Shown here piece after piece: positions 17,574 through 28,300 of a stretch of 64,000 nucleotides of DNA. Origin of the DNA: Candidatus Latescibacterota bacterium (GTDB lineage Bacteria > Latescibacterota > UBA2968 > UBA8231); the NCBI GenBank assembly GCA_965248265.1, contig CBDFJF010000002.1, positions 1,280,001 through 1,344,000 on the forward strand, read 5' to 3'. The position numbers and the translations under genes are program-made. Position 1 is the stretch's first letter; each line of letters begins with the position of its first letter. The notes under the pieces were generated by a model. The model searched no databases and was not told the DNA's origin. It saw nothing but the letters and a program-made list of their open reading frames with translations.

Positions 17574-19343
17574 TCAATGCTGTGCGTTTCTTCCATTGAA
17601 GGCAAGCTTCAGTCGCCGGGGAACCGGGCTCCAGCCTTCGATGAAGGGTCCCGCGGTGATGTCGTCGCCCGGATACGGACGGCCGAAGTAGTCCAGGCTC
17701 AACTGCTTCTCGCGGCTCACCATCGGCACCGCATCCGCCTTCGAAGACCAGACCAGGCTCGGATCTGCGGGATCTATAGTCAAATCGAGCTCCACCGTCG
17801 CGCTATGCTCATCCAGACCGGACTCCTGCCATGCGCTAAAGTCAAAGCCGTCGCTCAGGCGTGAGAGGATGTTGTAGTCCGAGACATTGTCCATGACGTC
17901 GAAGTCGAAGGCCACCCCGCACTCTGCGATGACGTTGTTGAGGATAAGGTTGTTGGTGCAGATCCCCACCCGGTCCCGGCTCGGTGTCTTGCGGATGCAA
18001 ACCCCGGCATTGGCGCAATTCCGTATCAGATTGTGGGCGATCAACAGCCCATCGCAGTCCCGCTGGTAGACGCCGTTACCCTGCTCCACGTTGTAGATGA
18101 CGTTGTGGTCGATCAGGTTGAGAACATTGGATGCCTCGAAGAAGATGGCTCCGTTGGCCGCGGCGATGTCGTGCACCAGATTCCGGGTTACTCGGGAGTT
18201 TCGGTTGCCGCAGTCGATCCAGATGCCGGGAGCGCCGTGACAGTCGTGGATGTGATTGCATTGCACGACGGCGTCGAGGGTGAGCAGGATCTTGACGCCG
18301 GCCGTCTCCTGGTAGGACTGCACTTCCTGCCAGCCGATGTCGTGGATGTGGTTGTCAGCCACGAGACTCCGGGCGACTACGGTGCCCTGTATGCCTCCCG
18401 TGCCGCAATCGTAGACGTGATTGCCGTATACCAGATGGTCGCCGATGGTCTTTTCGAGCTCCTTCGGGTCGCCGCTGTTGGGCCCCTCTTCGGTGAAGGC
18501 GCCGATCTCGATGGCGACGGCGTTGAGGTGACGGACGGTGTTGTCCTGGATGATCCAGTGATGGCCGCCCCACGTCGTCACGGCGCCATTGCCGGAACGG
18601 ATGAAGCCGTTGCCGGCATGCTCGAAGGTCAGCGCTTTTAATTTTATGTACCCCAAGCCCTTTGTCCGCGGGTTCAGGAGGAATTGCCGGGTGGTCACCT
18701 CCATTTCGCAGGTATTGGGATCGGTGCGATCGAAGGGCTTCATGAACAGTTGACGGTTTTCGGCGTCGATCCAGAACGTCCCGGTGACGCGGGGCAAATC
18801 GTCATAGGTCCCGAGTTGTGTCAGTCGGCGACCGTCCTGGAAAACCATGCCGCGGGGCAAGCAATGCGGATTCGTGCCCCTGGACCCGCGTGCCCACCGC
18901 ATGATATCGAAGTCCTCGTCGGTGGTGTTGACGACGGCGAAGGGATGATCTCCTTCGAAGAAGCCCTCCGGTAGTTCGGTCGTCCACACACTCACGCAGC
19001 GATCCGAATGCGTCCATGTCGACCCTAACACTTCGGACCCGCGAATGATGGCTTCAGCCCCTGGGGCGGCCTCATAGCTGATCATCCCATCCGCCCCTGT
19101 GCCGCCTTGTCGAGGTTGGACCAGTTCCCGGTAGATGCCTGACTTGATCAGTACCTTCTCAGCCGGCCCGACAACCTCGGCTGCGGCCTGAATCGTGAGA
19201 AAGGGTGCCTCTTCCGTGCCCGGATTGCCATCTGACGCATCCGGATGCTGCTGGTCGACGTAGTATGCTCTTTGATAGTCCGTTTCATCCTCCCAGACCG
19301 GGAATTGTGTGCCGTCCGGAAGCAGGATCGGCAAGTCACTCAT
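17574..19343 (-). CDS. Right-handed parallel beta-helix protein, tandem paralogue of 15757-17529
   Basis: Same motifs, long identical peptides (FEGDHPFAVVNTTDEDF, EHAGNGFIRSGNGA, VQSYQETAG). Confidence 0.8.
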   Translation of the reverse strand: MSDLPILLPDGTQFPVWEDETDYQRAYYVDQQHPDASDGNPGTEEAPFLTIQAAAEVVGPAEKVLIKSGIYRELVQPRQGGTGADGMISYEAAPGAEAIIRGSEVLGSTWTHSDRCVSVWTTELPEGFFEGDHPFAVVNTTDEDFDIMRWARGSRGTNPHCLPRGMVFQDGRRLTQLGTYDDLPRVTGTFWIDAENRQLFMKPFDRTDPNTCEMEVTTRQFLLNPRTKGLGYIKLKALTFEHAGNGFIRSGNGAVTTWGGHHWIIQDNTVRHLNAVAIEIGAFTEEGPNSGDPKELEKTIGDHLVYGNHVYDCGTGGIQGTVVARSLVADNHIHDIGWQEVQSYQETAGVKILLTLDAVVQCNHIHDCHGAPGIWIDCGNRNSRVTRNLVHDIAAANGAIFFEASNVLNLIDHNVIYNVEQGNGVYQRDCDGLLIAHNLIRNCANAGVCIRKTPSRDRVGICTNNLILNNVIAECGVAFDFDVMDNVSDYNILSRLSDGFDFSAWQESGLDEHSATVELDLTIDPADPSLVWSSKADAVPMVSREKQLSLDYFGRPYPGDDITAGPFIEGWSPVPRRLKLAFNGRNAQH

Positions 19344-19380
19344 ATCTGCCCGTCTCTCCCGTCATCTTTTGAGAACTGCG

Positions 19381-21369
19381 CTATGGAACCTGGAACGGTA
19401 CCGGAATTTTGTCGCCGTGCCAGGGGAAGGCGTAGCTCGGGTCGTTGGCGAAGCGGTCGAGGCCGGCTTCCACGCGAATAGACGTGGACGGTGGCAGGCC
19501 GACGGCGAAGTACTTCGCGTCAATCGGTGTGACCGTGTCCGCGTCCCGACCTTCCTCGTGATATCGGATCTGCGTGAACTGGTGCTCGCCGAAAGCACCC
19601 GCTTGCACGATGAGATTGCGGGTTTCGCTTCGGTGGGTGTTGACGAGCTGAAGGCCGACGCGGTCGGGACCCAGCTCGTCGACCAAAGCGGCCACGTCCG
19701 GCGGTAGTCCCGGACGAGTGCGATCCTGGTCGAAATACCGCACCGTGGCCCGTAAGAGTCCACCGCAGTAAATGGTCTGAGGTGCACCCATCGTGACCTG
19801 GGTCAGGCCCTTGGTAACGACCGGCTGGTAGGGGAACTCGTTGGTCCGGATCATCTCGTCTTTCGTGCGCTCATCGAGCCGAATCCGCTCGTAGATCTCC
19901 AGGGCGTGCTGATACTCAGCGGAGAGGATCTTCTCCGGCCAGTCCGGGTTCTCGCCATCGTAATACTGAAACCGGGCGAACTCGTTCTGCCCGCCGTTTT
20001 TTTCACCCAAATCCGGGGTCACTTCGTTCCAATCCCGCTCCACTTCGCCGTCGCGGAGATGGGTGATCATCTCGTAGTCCTCTCGGGACATGGAGGCGTG
20101 GTACAGGTGCATGATCTCCTGTCCGCTCATTGGCCCGGGAGGCGCGTAGGACCACTGCTGTCCCATCGGGATGCCATCGTCATCGTAGGGCTCGACAGGC
20201 GGACCCTTTTCCCAGCCATCCTTGCCATACCGATGGGGCACGACGAGCTGGCCGTCCTCGCGCAGGTACCCCTGGTCGATCCTGACCTGGAGCTGCGAGC
20301 GCAGGAACTCCAGGTAGCTGCTGTCGCCGGTGAGCAGATGAGCACACTCGACGCCGATGTTGATGCCGTTGAACATGATGTTGCAGCCATTGTAGGAGGT
20401 CCAGCCATACTGCCCTCCCCACCATACACCCTCGCGTCCGCCGCCGATGACGCCATTGGCATCCACGTTGTCCGGGACGATGCCGCCGTTGCGCTCCGCT
20501 CGCTCCATCCAGGCCTCGGTGTAGTCGAGAACCCACTGTTTGTATTTGTCGTCGCCTGTGTAGAGGTAGGCGTTGGTCACCAGCGCCGTGGCACCCAGGC
20601 TGCTGGGGGTATCACACTGCATGACCAGTCTGTCGAACACGCCGAGGATCTCTTGCTCGCGTTCGGGGTTCTCGAACCAGCGGGCCTCGAGGTGCTTGAC
20701 GATGGGGTAGAGGCTTGCCCGAACTCCGTAGTAGTTGCCCGGGTCTCCCAGCCGGCGGCCACCCAGGAGCATGACGTTGGCGAAGACCGTATCGGCTTCC
20801 AGCTTGGGACCCTGACTGGAATGGAAGGGGGAGCGCAGGATCCGGTGCTCGGGGTCCCAATTGGGGGCTTCGGGGTCTTCCCCGATGAACATGGCCGCGA
20901 AGCGCCTGGCTCGCCGCACGTTCTCGGAGATGGTCGGATCGCCCACGCCCATGTGATAGAACGCCGTTCCTCCCTCCCCGAGATGGTGCCACTCCGCGCC
21001 CTCGTCCAGGTTCCAGAACTCGTTGTGGATGGAAGGGCGGTAGACCCTGATGAAATCGTCGTGGACGTTGGGGCGATGGCGAATGCTGTCATCCATGATA
21101 CGGGTGGCTGCGTTCCACTGGTGCAGGTGGATGTCCATCATGTCGTCGGCAGCGCCCATGGCATAGAACAGGCTGTAGTTGTAGAACTGCTCGTAGAGGT
21201 CATCGAGATCCTCGGCGAGCAGGGTACCGCCGCCACGCTCCGTGTACTTCCTGGTAAACAGGCGCGCTGACTGCTCCATCAGCGCAAAGAGGTTGCGCTC
21301 CATGAGGGCCCACGCCGGTGGTGCCGCGACCTTCGTCGCCTTGATTGACTTCATGTTCGGGAATTCCAC
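19381..21369 (-). CDS. Conserved hypothetical protein, possibly (alpha/alpha)-toroid carbohydrate-active fold
   Basis: 662-aa ORF in operon context; LVTNAYLYTGDDKYKQWVLDY and LLTGDSSYL resemble six-hairpin helix pairs; start may be ATG 21354. Confidence 0.55.
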   Translation of the reverse strand: MEFPNMKSIKATKVAAPPAWALMERNLFALMEQSARLFTRKYTERGGGTLLAEDLDDLYEQFYNYSLFYAMGAADDMMDIHLHQWNAATRIMDDSIRHRPNVHDDFIRVYRPSIHNEFWNLDEGAEWHHLGEGGTAFYHMGVGDPTISENVRRARRFAAMFIGEDPEAPNWDPEHRILRSPFHSSQGPKLEADTVFANVMLLGGRRLGDPGNYYGVRASLYPIVKHLEARWFENPEREQEILGVFDRLVMQCDTPSSLGATALVTNAYLYTGDDKYKQWVLDYTEAWMERAERNGGIVPDNVDANGVIGGGREGVWWGGQYGWTSYNGCNIMFNGINIGVECAHLLTGDSSYLEFLRSQLQVRIDQGYLREDGQLVVPHRYGKDGWEKGPPVEPYDDDGIPMGQQWSYAPPGPMSGQEIMHLYHASMSREDYEMITHLRDGEVERDWNEVTPDLGEKNGGQNEFARFQYYDGENPDWPEKILSAEYQHALEIYERIRLDERTKDEMIRTNEFPYQPVVTKGLTQVTMGAPQTIYCGGLLRATVRYFDQDRTRPGLPPDVAALVDELGPDRVGLQLVNTHRSETRNLIVQAGAFGEHQFTQIRYHEEGRDADTVTPIDAKYFAVGLPPSTSIRVEAGLDRFANDPSYAFPWHGDKIPVPFQVP

Positions 21370-21393
21370 GGTTGTGGGTGTATGGATCGAGGC

Positions 21394-22218
21394 TCAGTCT
21401 GCGAACGTCCAGACGGAGAGCGCGCTCTTGCTGAAGAGCCACTCCTTGTCGTCATCGGTGAGGAAGTCCATGTGGGTTTGAAACAACTCCAGCGCCGGGC
21501 CATAGCCTGGAGCCTTGAGGACGTGCGGGAAATCGGTACCCCACATCACCCGCTGCGGACCGAAGGCCTCCAAGAGCCGCTGAAAGGTAGGGAAGGCATC
21601 CCGGTGCGGATAGGGCTCCTTCGATGTGGGCAACTGGGGTGTGAACTTGACGTACACGTTGGGATATTTGGCCATGCCCAGGACGATGCTCTGGACCGGA
21701 TACGGCGGGTCCTCGTCCGTGGGGGCGCGGCCCATGTGGTCGAGGACGACCTTGACCCCCGGGTACCGTGCGATGATGGGTTCGACCGCCGGCAGCAGGG
21801 GAGCCGGCCCATAGACGATGAAGCCAGCGCCCAACTTCTCGGCGCGCTGCCAGATCGGATCCTGGTTGGGGGCCGCCCATTCAGCGGGGTCGTCGGGTCG
21901 TGACAAGTGAATGCGCAGCCCGGCGAAGCCGTCCTCTTCGACTAGGCGTTGGAGCTGATCGGGCGTGTCCGGAGCGTGGCGGTCCAGCAACCCGATGGCG
22001 GCGAATTTTCCCGGGAAGCGCCGAATACATTCGGCCACGTAACGATTGTCGTAGAGGTAGTAGGCGGGTTGCACGATGCAAGCCTTGTCCACTCCCGACT
22101 CCTCCATGGTCTGGTTCAACAGCTCCACCGGAGCTCCTTCCTTGGTCTCCACCCCTTCGGCGAAGGGATAGAGGTCGAAGTCATCGCTCCAGACGTGAAG
22201 GTGGGCATCAATGATCAT
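21394..22218 (-). CDS. Amidohydrolase 2 family protein (sugar lactonase-like)
   Basis: IIDAHLHVW, VVLDHMG, NVYVK, FGPQRVMWGTDFP. Confidence 0.9.
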   Translation of the reverse strand: MIIDAHLHVWSDDFDLYPFAEGVETKEGAPVELLNQTMEESGVDKACIVQPAYYLYDNRYVAECIRRFPGKFAAIGLLDRHAPDTPDQLQRLVEEDGFAGLRIHLSRPDDPAEWAAPNQDPIWQRAEKLGAGFIVYGPAPLLPAVEPIIARYPGVKVVLDHMGRAPTDEDPPYPVQSIVLGMAKYPNVYVKFTPQLPTSKEPYPHRDAFPTFQRLLEAFGPQRVMWGTDFPHVLKAPGYGPALELFQTHMDFLTDDDKEWLFSKSALSVWTFAD

Positions 22219-22275
22219 GGTTCCTCCATTCTATGGCCCCGGCGATGCAGGGCGTCAATGTTCAGCACCCGGATC

Positions 22276-23028
22276 TTACTCGAACCGGCTCCGGTACTGC
22301 ATCATGTTGTCCTGTGGCTTGTAACCGAGGATATCGACCGCCGGGCCGATGTCGAGGGGGCCGCAGCGATGACCCCAGCTGTTGCCGGAGGTGCCGTAGG
22401 TTACGATAAATCTCTCCGGTCCCTGGTAATCAATGGCCAGGCCGAAGAGTTGGACGCAGTCGCGCGGTGACAGCAAATAACCGCAAGAGCGCAAGTTGCT
22501 CGGCTCAGTCTCTCCGGAATACGTGCCGATGCGGATGGCGGTGAAGCGCATGTCGCCCCCATTCACCATCATACGGCCGCCGATCTCGCCCATCCCTTTC
22601 ATGGCGGCGTACCAGCTTTCGGGCTGGAACTGATCGGTCGTGTACACAGGCCCGCCGCCGCTGATCTCGCTCCCGGTGTTGACTTTGTTCGTACTGCTGA
22701 AGACGATCCTGCCGATGCCGGCCTTGCGGGCGGTCTCAAACAGCGCCAGGGTCATGCCGATATCGCTCATCCTGCCGCTGTCGGGGCTGGTGTCCTCGCC
22801 CCTGAAGAAGGCGAGGTGGACGAGCACATCCTGATCCTGACAGATCGTGCGCATGAAGCCAAGATCGCAGACGTCACCGATCTCCGTTCTCGAGCGCGCC
22901 TGCTCGATCGGCTGCACATCGCTGAGGGTCAACTCGTATTTACCCTCTGCCTCCCAGGCCTGCCAAAGGGTCGTGCCCACATTGCCGGCGGCACCGGTCA
23001 TGACGATTCGGGGCTTGTTATCAGCCAA
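22276..23028 (-). CDS. NAD-dependent epimerase/dehydratase (uronate dehydrogenase-like SDR)
   Basis: VMTGAAGNVG, FSSTN, YAAMK, AIRIG, LSPRD. Confidence 0.85.
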   Translation of the reverse strand: MADNKPRIVMTGAAGNVGTTLWQAWEAEGKYELTLSDVQPIEQARSRTEIGDVCDLGFMRTICQDQDVLVHLAFFRGEDTSPDSGRMSDIGMTLALFETARKAGIGRIVFSSTNKVNTGSEISGGGPVYTTDQFQPESWYAAMKGMGEIGGRMMVNGGDMRFTAIRIGTYSGETEPSNLRSCGYLLSPRDCVQLFGLAIDYQGPERFIVTYGTSGNSWGHRCGPLDIGPAVDILGYKPQDNMMQYRSRFE

Positions 23029-24256
23029 AGGCTCCGTCCTCCGCCAGATCAGCTAGAATATTCTCATACACCTCAAAATGCTCCCCCTCTGCCTCCTGCG
23101 GATCCACCCACTTCATCCACAGCGCCGAATCCTTGCGGGCGCCGCTCAGTTTTCGTCGGCTCCCCAGGTTCGCCGGGTCGGGTCCGTGCCAAACCACCTG
23201 GTCATCCTGCAGGAAGAGAAACTCCCCGGCGTAGGATTCCGTCAGCTTTTCACGGTGCTCACGGTAATACAGCGCCTGCTCACACGTGGTTCTGCGCCAG
23301 CTCTTCACGGTCTCAGGGGAATCCACCTCGACCGAGTCGAAGACAGCCAGTGGTGGCTCAACGTCGGTCTCGAAATCAATCTCTTCCAGGTTTACGGTGC
23401 CGAACCCGTGCTCGGCCGCAACCAGCAGGGGATTGCGGTCCCTTCGGTAGGGTGGCGTCGGCCAGTCCCCGGCCGGATCATGTCCCATCAGCCACGCCCC
23501 GCACGCGTCCGTGGACACGACGTGATCTCCCGCCACCAGCACATTGCCGATCCGGCCCTCGCCACCCCATTCCCGCTTCGACTGGCACACCAGGCCGTCG
23601 ATGATGTTGAGACAGGGTTTGGTGATCATGCCCAGATCCGGGAGCACGTGCGACAGGCGGATGATGTGGTGGTAGTAGCGTCGATAGCGTCCGTGGGGCG
23701 GCATGGGTGGCAACCCAAACAGGTTCTTCAGACACAGTGTTACCCCCATGAACCCATGGTTCTTCATCTTGGCCAGGGATATCACGGCATCCGCCTCGGC
23801 GAAGCACTCACTCAGCTGATAGCGCGAGAACATGCATCCTCCACCCGGCACGTCGAAGTACCGGGAAGGAGGATCGTTGGATTCGAGGTATTCCACCCCG
23901 AAGTCGTCGAGGTGGGTCTGGATATTCAAGGCCAGATCAGGTGCGGCCGTGGTGTCGGTGACGATGACCTCAGCCGACGAGCGCTCCCGCAGCAGGCGCA
24001 GCAATGCGCGCAGCACCGCGTCGTCGACGAGTTCCTGACGGCGACCCTCGAAATACACGATCCCATCACCGTAATCAACGCCCGGCGGCGGCCATAACAT
24101 ATTCAGCTTGATGACCACCCGGCGGGCGTTCTCGATGCGCTGCCAGGAGCGCTCCAGAGGTGACGTAATCCGACTCATTGTCTCGTAGATCTCATCTTCC
24201 GAGGCACGATGATCGCAGTGAGCGGCTCGAACGGAATACTCAGACATAGGATTCAC
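23021..24256 (-). CDS. DUF362 domain protein with extra C-terminal module
   Basis: VVIKLNM, ISLAKMKNH..VTLCLKNLFG, LNIIDG, D.VSTD. Confidence 0.8.
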   Translation of the reverse strand: MNPMSEYSVRAAHCDHRASEDEIYETMSRITSPLERSWQRIENARRVVIKLNMLWPPPGVDYGDGIVYFEGRRQELVDDAVLRALLRLLRERSSAEVIVTDTTAAPDLALNIQTHLDDFGVEYLESNDPPSRYFDVPGGGCMFSRYQLSECFAEADAVISLAKMKNHGFMGVTLCLKNLFGLPPMPPHGRYRRYYHHIIRLSHVLPDLGMITKPCLNIIDGLVCQSKREWGGEGRIGNVLVAGDHVVSTDACGAWLMGHDPAGDWPTPPYRRDRNPLLVAAEHGFGTVNLEEIDFETDVEPPLAVFDSVEVDSPETVKSWRRTTCEQALYYREHREKLTESYAGEFLFLQDDQVVWHGPDPANLGSRRKLSGARKDSALWMKWVDPQEAEGEHFEVYENILADLAEDGAFG

Positions 24257-24261
24257 CTTCC

Positions 24262-25383
24262 CTAATAGTCCTGCACGGAGCCATCCTCGCGGCGCCAGTG
24301 GGGCGGCTCAGTGGGATTGAAGGGATTGGCCGCGGCCGCTTCCTCGTTCAAATCGATCCCCAGGCCCGGGGAGTCCGACGGCAGCAGATAACCCTCCTCG
24401 ATGAGCATGTCGTACTCGAACACATCGTTCATCCACGCGGTCGGCGGTGAGTACTCCTGTACCGCGCAGTTGGGGATGGACATGTTCAAATGCAGCATGG
24501 CCGCCGTGCTCACCGGACTGGCGGTGAAGTGGCAGGCCATTTCCTGATAGTGCACCTCGCCCATGGTCGCGATCTTTTTGCCTTCTGTGATGCCGCCGGT
24601 GTGGCAGATGTCCACCCTCAGGTAGTCGACAAGCTCATCCTCGATCAGCTCGCGGAACCCCCATTTGGTATGGAACTGCTCACCGGTGCCGAGAGGTACG
24701 TTGGTATGTTCCCGCAGCGTTCTGAACGACCTCGGATTCTCGGAACGGATCGGGTCTTCGACGTAGAACGGACGACCCGCTTCAATGCCATTGCACAACT
24801 CGATGGCCCGTGGCGGCGTCAATCGGGTGTGCGCTTCCAGAATGATCTCCACGTCGTCGCCGACAGCCGCCCGCAGCGCGGCGAAGTGTTCGATACCGTC
24901 CGTCACGGCCGACTTCGGATTGAAGTCGCCGACGCAACGAATCGGCGAAATCCGCAGAACTCGCCAGCCTTCATCCAAGAGCTCAAGCGAATGCTCTATC
25001 AACTGTTCCGCAGTCGTTCCTCCGCCCGCATGGCGATACAGCAGGACTTTGTCGCGCGAGGCGCCACCAAGAAGCCGGTAGGTCGGCACCCCCAGCGCTT
25101 TCCCAGCCAGGTCCCACAGCGCAATGTCGATGCCGGCCAGTGCCGACTGCAGCACCGGTCCCCCGCGCCAGAACGTGCCCCGGAAGATGTCCTGCCAGAT
25201 ATGCTCGATCCGGGTCGCGTCCTGCCCGATGAGGACGGACTTGAGATGATCCAGGGCGCCGACGACGGCCAGCGACCTGCCGCCGAGCGAGGCTTCCCCG
25301 ATACCGTACAACCCGTCCTCGGCGACGATCTTCACGTAAACGTACTCTGCCACCGGGAACACCTTCACATCAGTGATTTTCAT
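24262..25383 (-). CDS. Enolase superfamily acid-sugar dehydratase (galactonate dehydratase-like)
   Basis: GIGEA, FWRGGPV, AGIDIALWDLAGKALGVPTYRLLGG, EAH, VEDP, GTGE, GGITE, PGLG. Confidence 0.9.
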   Translation of the reverse strand: MKITDVKVFPVAEYVYVKIVAEDGLYGIGEASLGGRSLAVVGALDHLKSVLIGQDATRIEHIWQDIFRGTFWRGGPVLQSALAGIDIALWDLAGKALGVPTYRLLGGASRDKVLLYRHAGGGTTAEQLIEHSLELLDEGWRVLRISPIRCVGDFNPKSAVTDGIEHFAALRAAVGDDVEIILEAHTRLTPPRAIELCNGIEAGRPFYVEDPIRSENPRSFRTLREHTNVPLGTGEQFHTKWGFRELIEDELVDYLRVDICHTGGITEGKKIATMGEVHYQEMACHFTASPVSTAAMLHLNMSIPNCAVQEYSPPTAWMNDVFEYDMLIEEGYLLPSDSPGLGIDLNEEAAAANPFNPTEPPHWRREDGSVQDY

Positions 25384-25398
25384 GGATTCTCCTCGATA

Positions 25399-28300
25399 TC
25401 AATTCTCGAGTCTGAAGACAGCTTCCGAGAGGAATTGAAGCTTCACAGGTCCCAACAATCCGGACACCGTCTGTCCTTCCAACACGTATTTGGTAGGATA
25501 GGTACTCATGTGGTTGGCCAGCGTGTTCACGACTTTCACCTGGATCTGGTTCGGCCCCTCTTTTACCAATTGGGTGAGGTCGAAGCGGTAGGGTGAGGCC
25601 ATCCCGATCCCCGCCGGCTTCCCGTTCACATGCACCTCGGCCGTCGTCGCCACCCTCCCCAGATCCAGGACCACCTTTCCTGCACGCGGCTTCTCCTCCA
25701 GCTTCACTTCTTTGGCGTACACCGCACCCCCCGAGTACGTCGCAAGGCCGAAGTCACACCAGTCTCCAAGGGGGATCCTGCCTTCCTCACACGTGAAGAC
25801 CACGGGCAGTTCAAAGGCGGCTCCGGCATAGCACCCCGGCTCCTGCTCCACCCGCAAGGCGATCTGAGAAGGGTCCTGCCTGGGCGTCTCCAGAACGATC
25901 CTATTCCCATCTGCATCCTCCTCCACGAAGACGGACTGTCCATCTATCCAGGCTGTGACTGCTTTGGCCTTCAGGTTCAAGCTCATGGAACTCAACCCGG
26001 GTGGCGCCGGAAACCGGTACCAGCCGACGCGGCTCTCCTTTTCGGGCGTGATATCGTACAAAAGCCGATGGGGTTCCACGAACCACCTCAGCAGCGGCAC
26101 CTTGGGATTCAAAGGAGGCGCCCCACCGACGCCGTGCAATACGGCGAAGGTAGCCAACCCTTCGCCCTTGGGTTGAACCAGCTTCAGCAGAAGGGAATTC
26201 CACCCCGCTGTGAGACGAACCACCGTCTGTGCGTTCGCTTCCCGGGAGTCGACGGACACAGCTCGTTCGCCGTTCACCCAAGCTTCTCTGGAAAACTCCG
26301 CTGTCCCTCCAACGTCCAGGAGGTAATCCTCTTCTTCCGGCGAATGGACGTTGGTGAAGAGGTAGCGGGTGGCGTCCCGATCCTCGTCGCCGGCGTCAAA
26401 GACGATGAACCTGTCTGAAACACCGCGCAACCCTCCTCCGAGGGTGTTGTGGGTTTCTTCACCTTCATGCCCGAACTTCTGGGAGAAGCTGTACTGCTGC
26501 CACTGCAAACGCTTCCCCTCTACTTCGTACGGTCCGCCCGTCTCGATTTCTCCTGCAAGCGCCCTCTGCAGTATCTCCTCTGGCTCCTTCTCACCGAACG
26601 GACCGGTCGTCCACCAATAGGGGCCGTAGGAATAGGTGACCTGCTGCCACTCGTCGTCGTCCAACTCCGGTCGATGCCAACCCATCTCCGTGCCTGCTTT
26701 TCCTGCCTGCTCTTCCCTGTAGCGGAATCGCCGAGCTTCCGGGCCGATCATCGTCTCCGATGCCGGATATCGGAAGTCACCCCAGCGGTTGTCCATGGTC
26801 GGCTCCAGACGGACCTTCCAGTGTCCATCCAGGGACAGGGGTGCTTCTGGTTCGTCGGCGATCAGATGCGAACGGCGAGCCTCGCCCTGGTGCAAAACAC
26901 GCAGGTGCTTCTTGCCTCCGGAATCGCAGAGCCCGCGAACCTCGAGGCCGTCACCGAGCTTTTCCAGCGATGTCACCAACGTCAGGTCGTCCTCAAGAAT
27001 CTGTGGCCGCCCCCCGGAAGGGACGACAACCAGCAGCGCGCCCTCGTTGGGCTCCATGCCAAGGCGTACCTCCATCCTTCCCTCATCCCCGGTTTGGAAA
27101 CGATGGAGGAGTGTCGTCTCTCCGTTGAAGGCATTCCATAGTTGTGGCTCACCGGAGGCTCTCATCGAGAAGGAGAGGTCCCGTTTCTCGCTCATGGCGT
27201 TGAACAGGAAGTACACGTCCACATCACCGATTTTCCTATGTGTGTGATAGACTTCCTCTTGTGAGGCCACCACATCCTGGGAGATCGCGTCGGACAGTAA
27301 TCCGGGAAGCATCGAGGCGTCCGCGTCCGGCGGCAGAAAGATCCCCTTCCCACCTTGCCCGTTCTCCTGCCGTACCGAGCCCTTGACTGCGTCGCCTGCT
27401 GCAATGCCAAAGATCTCCCTCAACAACGCCTGGATGTTCGGGTCATCCCGACCCTGCTCCGGGGAGGCATTCGGCAACCGGTGGCAGGCCACCACGGTCC
27501 CGCCACTGTCATAGAACGCCTTGATGTGCTCGAGAGTCTGTGTCCGGATCGTCGTCATCGGGGGAAGAACTATGGCGCGGAAGGCCATGCCGGCTAGTCT
27601 CAACTGTCCCTCCCCGACCTCGCCGCTACAGAGGGACCGATCGTCGATGAAGTCCAGGTCGATGCCGCCCTTGTAAATCCGTTTGGCCACCTCATAAGAC
27701 GTCTTCGCGGCCTCGTGCGCGGCGGCGTCGAAGTCCTCTGGATGGTTGAATTTCACTCTCGTGCCCTCCTCCGACATCCTGCCCGCCGGCCAATGTGCGT
27801 GGATGGTGGTGAGGGGATAGAGCTGGGCGACGTCCGGTTGGTGAATCCCCTGGCTGAGGATGTAGCTGAGTCTCGTCACGTAGTCGGTGAAGTGCTTCCA
27901 GTACTGCCAGTAGGGCTGACGGAAGTGGATCTCCGGTGGGACCCACTCGTACCATCCGCCCATGGTGCTGTAGAGGACACCGTGTCGATTGTACAGATTG
28001 ACGCCAAGCGCGTAGTTCTCATGGGTCCAGGTCAGGTTCTGCTCGGTCGTATGGCCCCAGCCGGTGCCCCAGTAGACACACGCCCCCACCCGCTCCCGTC
28101 CATACAGATCGGCGATGGAGCTGGCCATCTTGGCCTGGAAGGTCCGGGTGCGTCGGCTGTTCTCTTCGTTGCCCGGTATCGTGTAGTGGGACATGTAGCG
28201 AAAGAAATCGCCGTAGTTGTAGGTCTGACTCAGCATGTCTTCGCTTTTGCCGTTCGGGCAGAATTCGGTATAGAGCAATCCCCGTTTCTCCAGCCCGCGG

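Noticed and set aside
19906-21270. 454-aa plus-strand ORF (and similar ones at 30796-32010, 40652-41938, 10139-11371)
   Set aside because: Antisense shadows of well-supported genes
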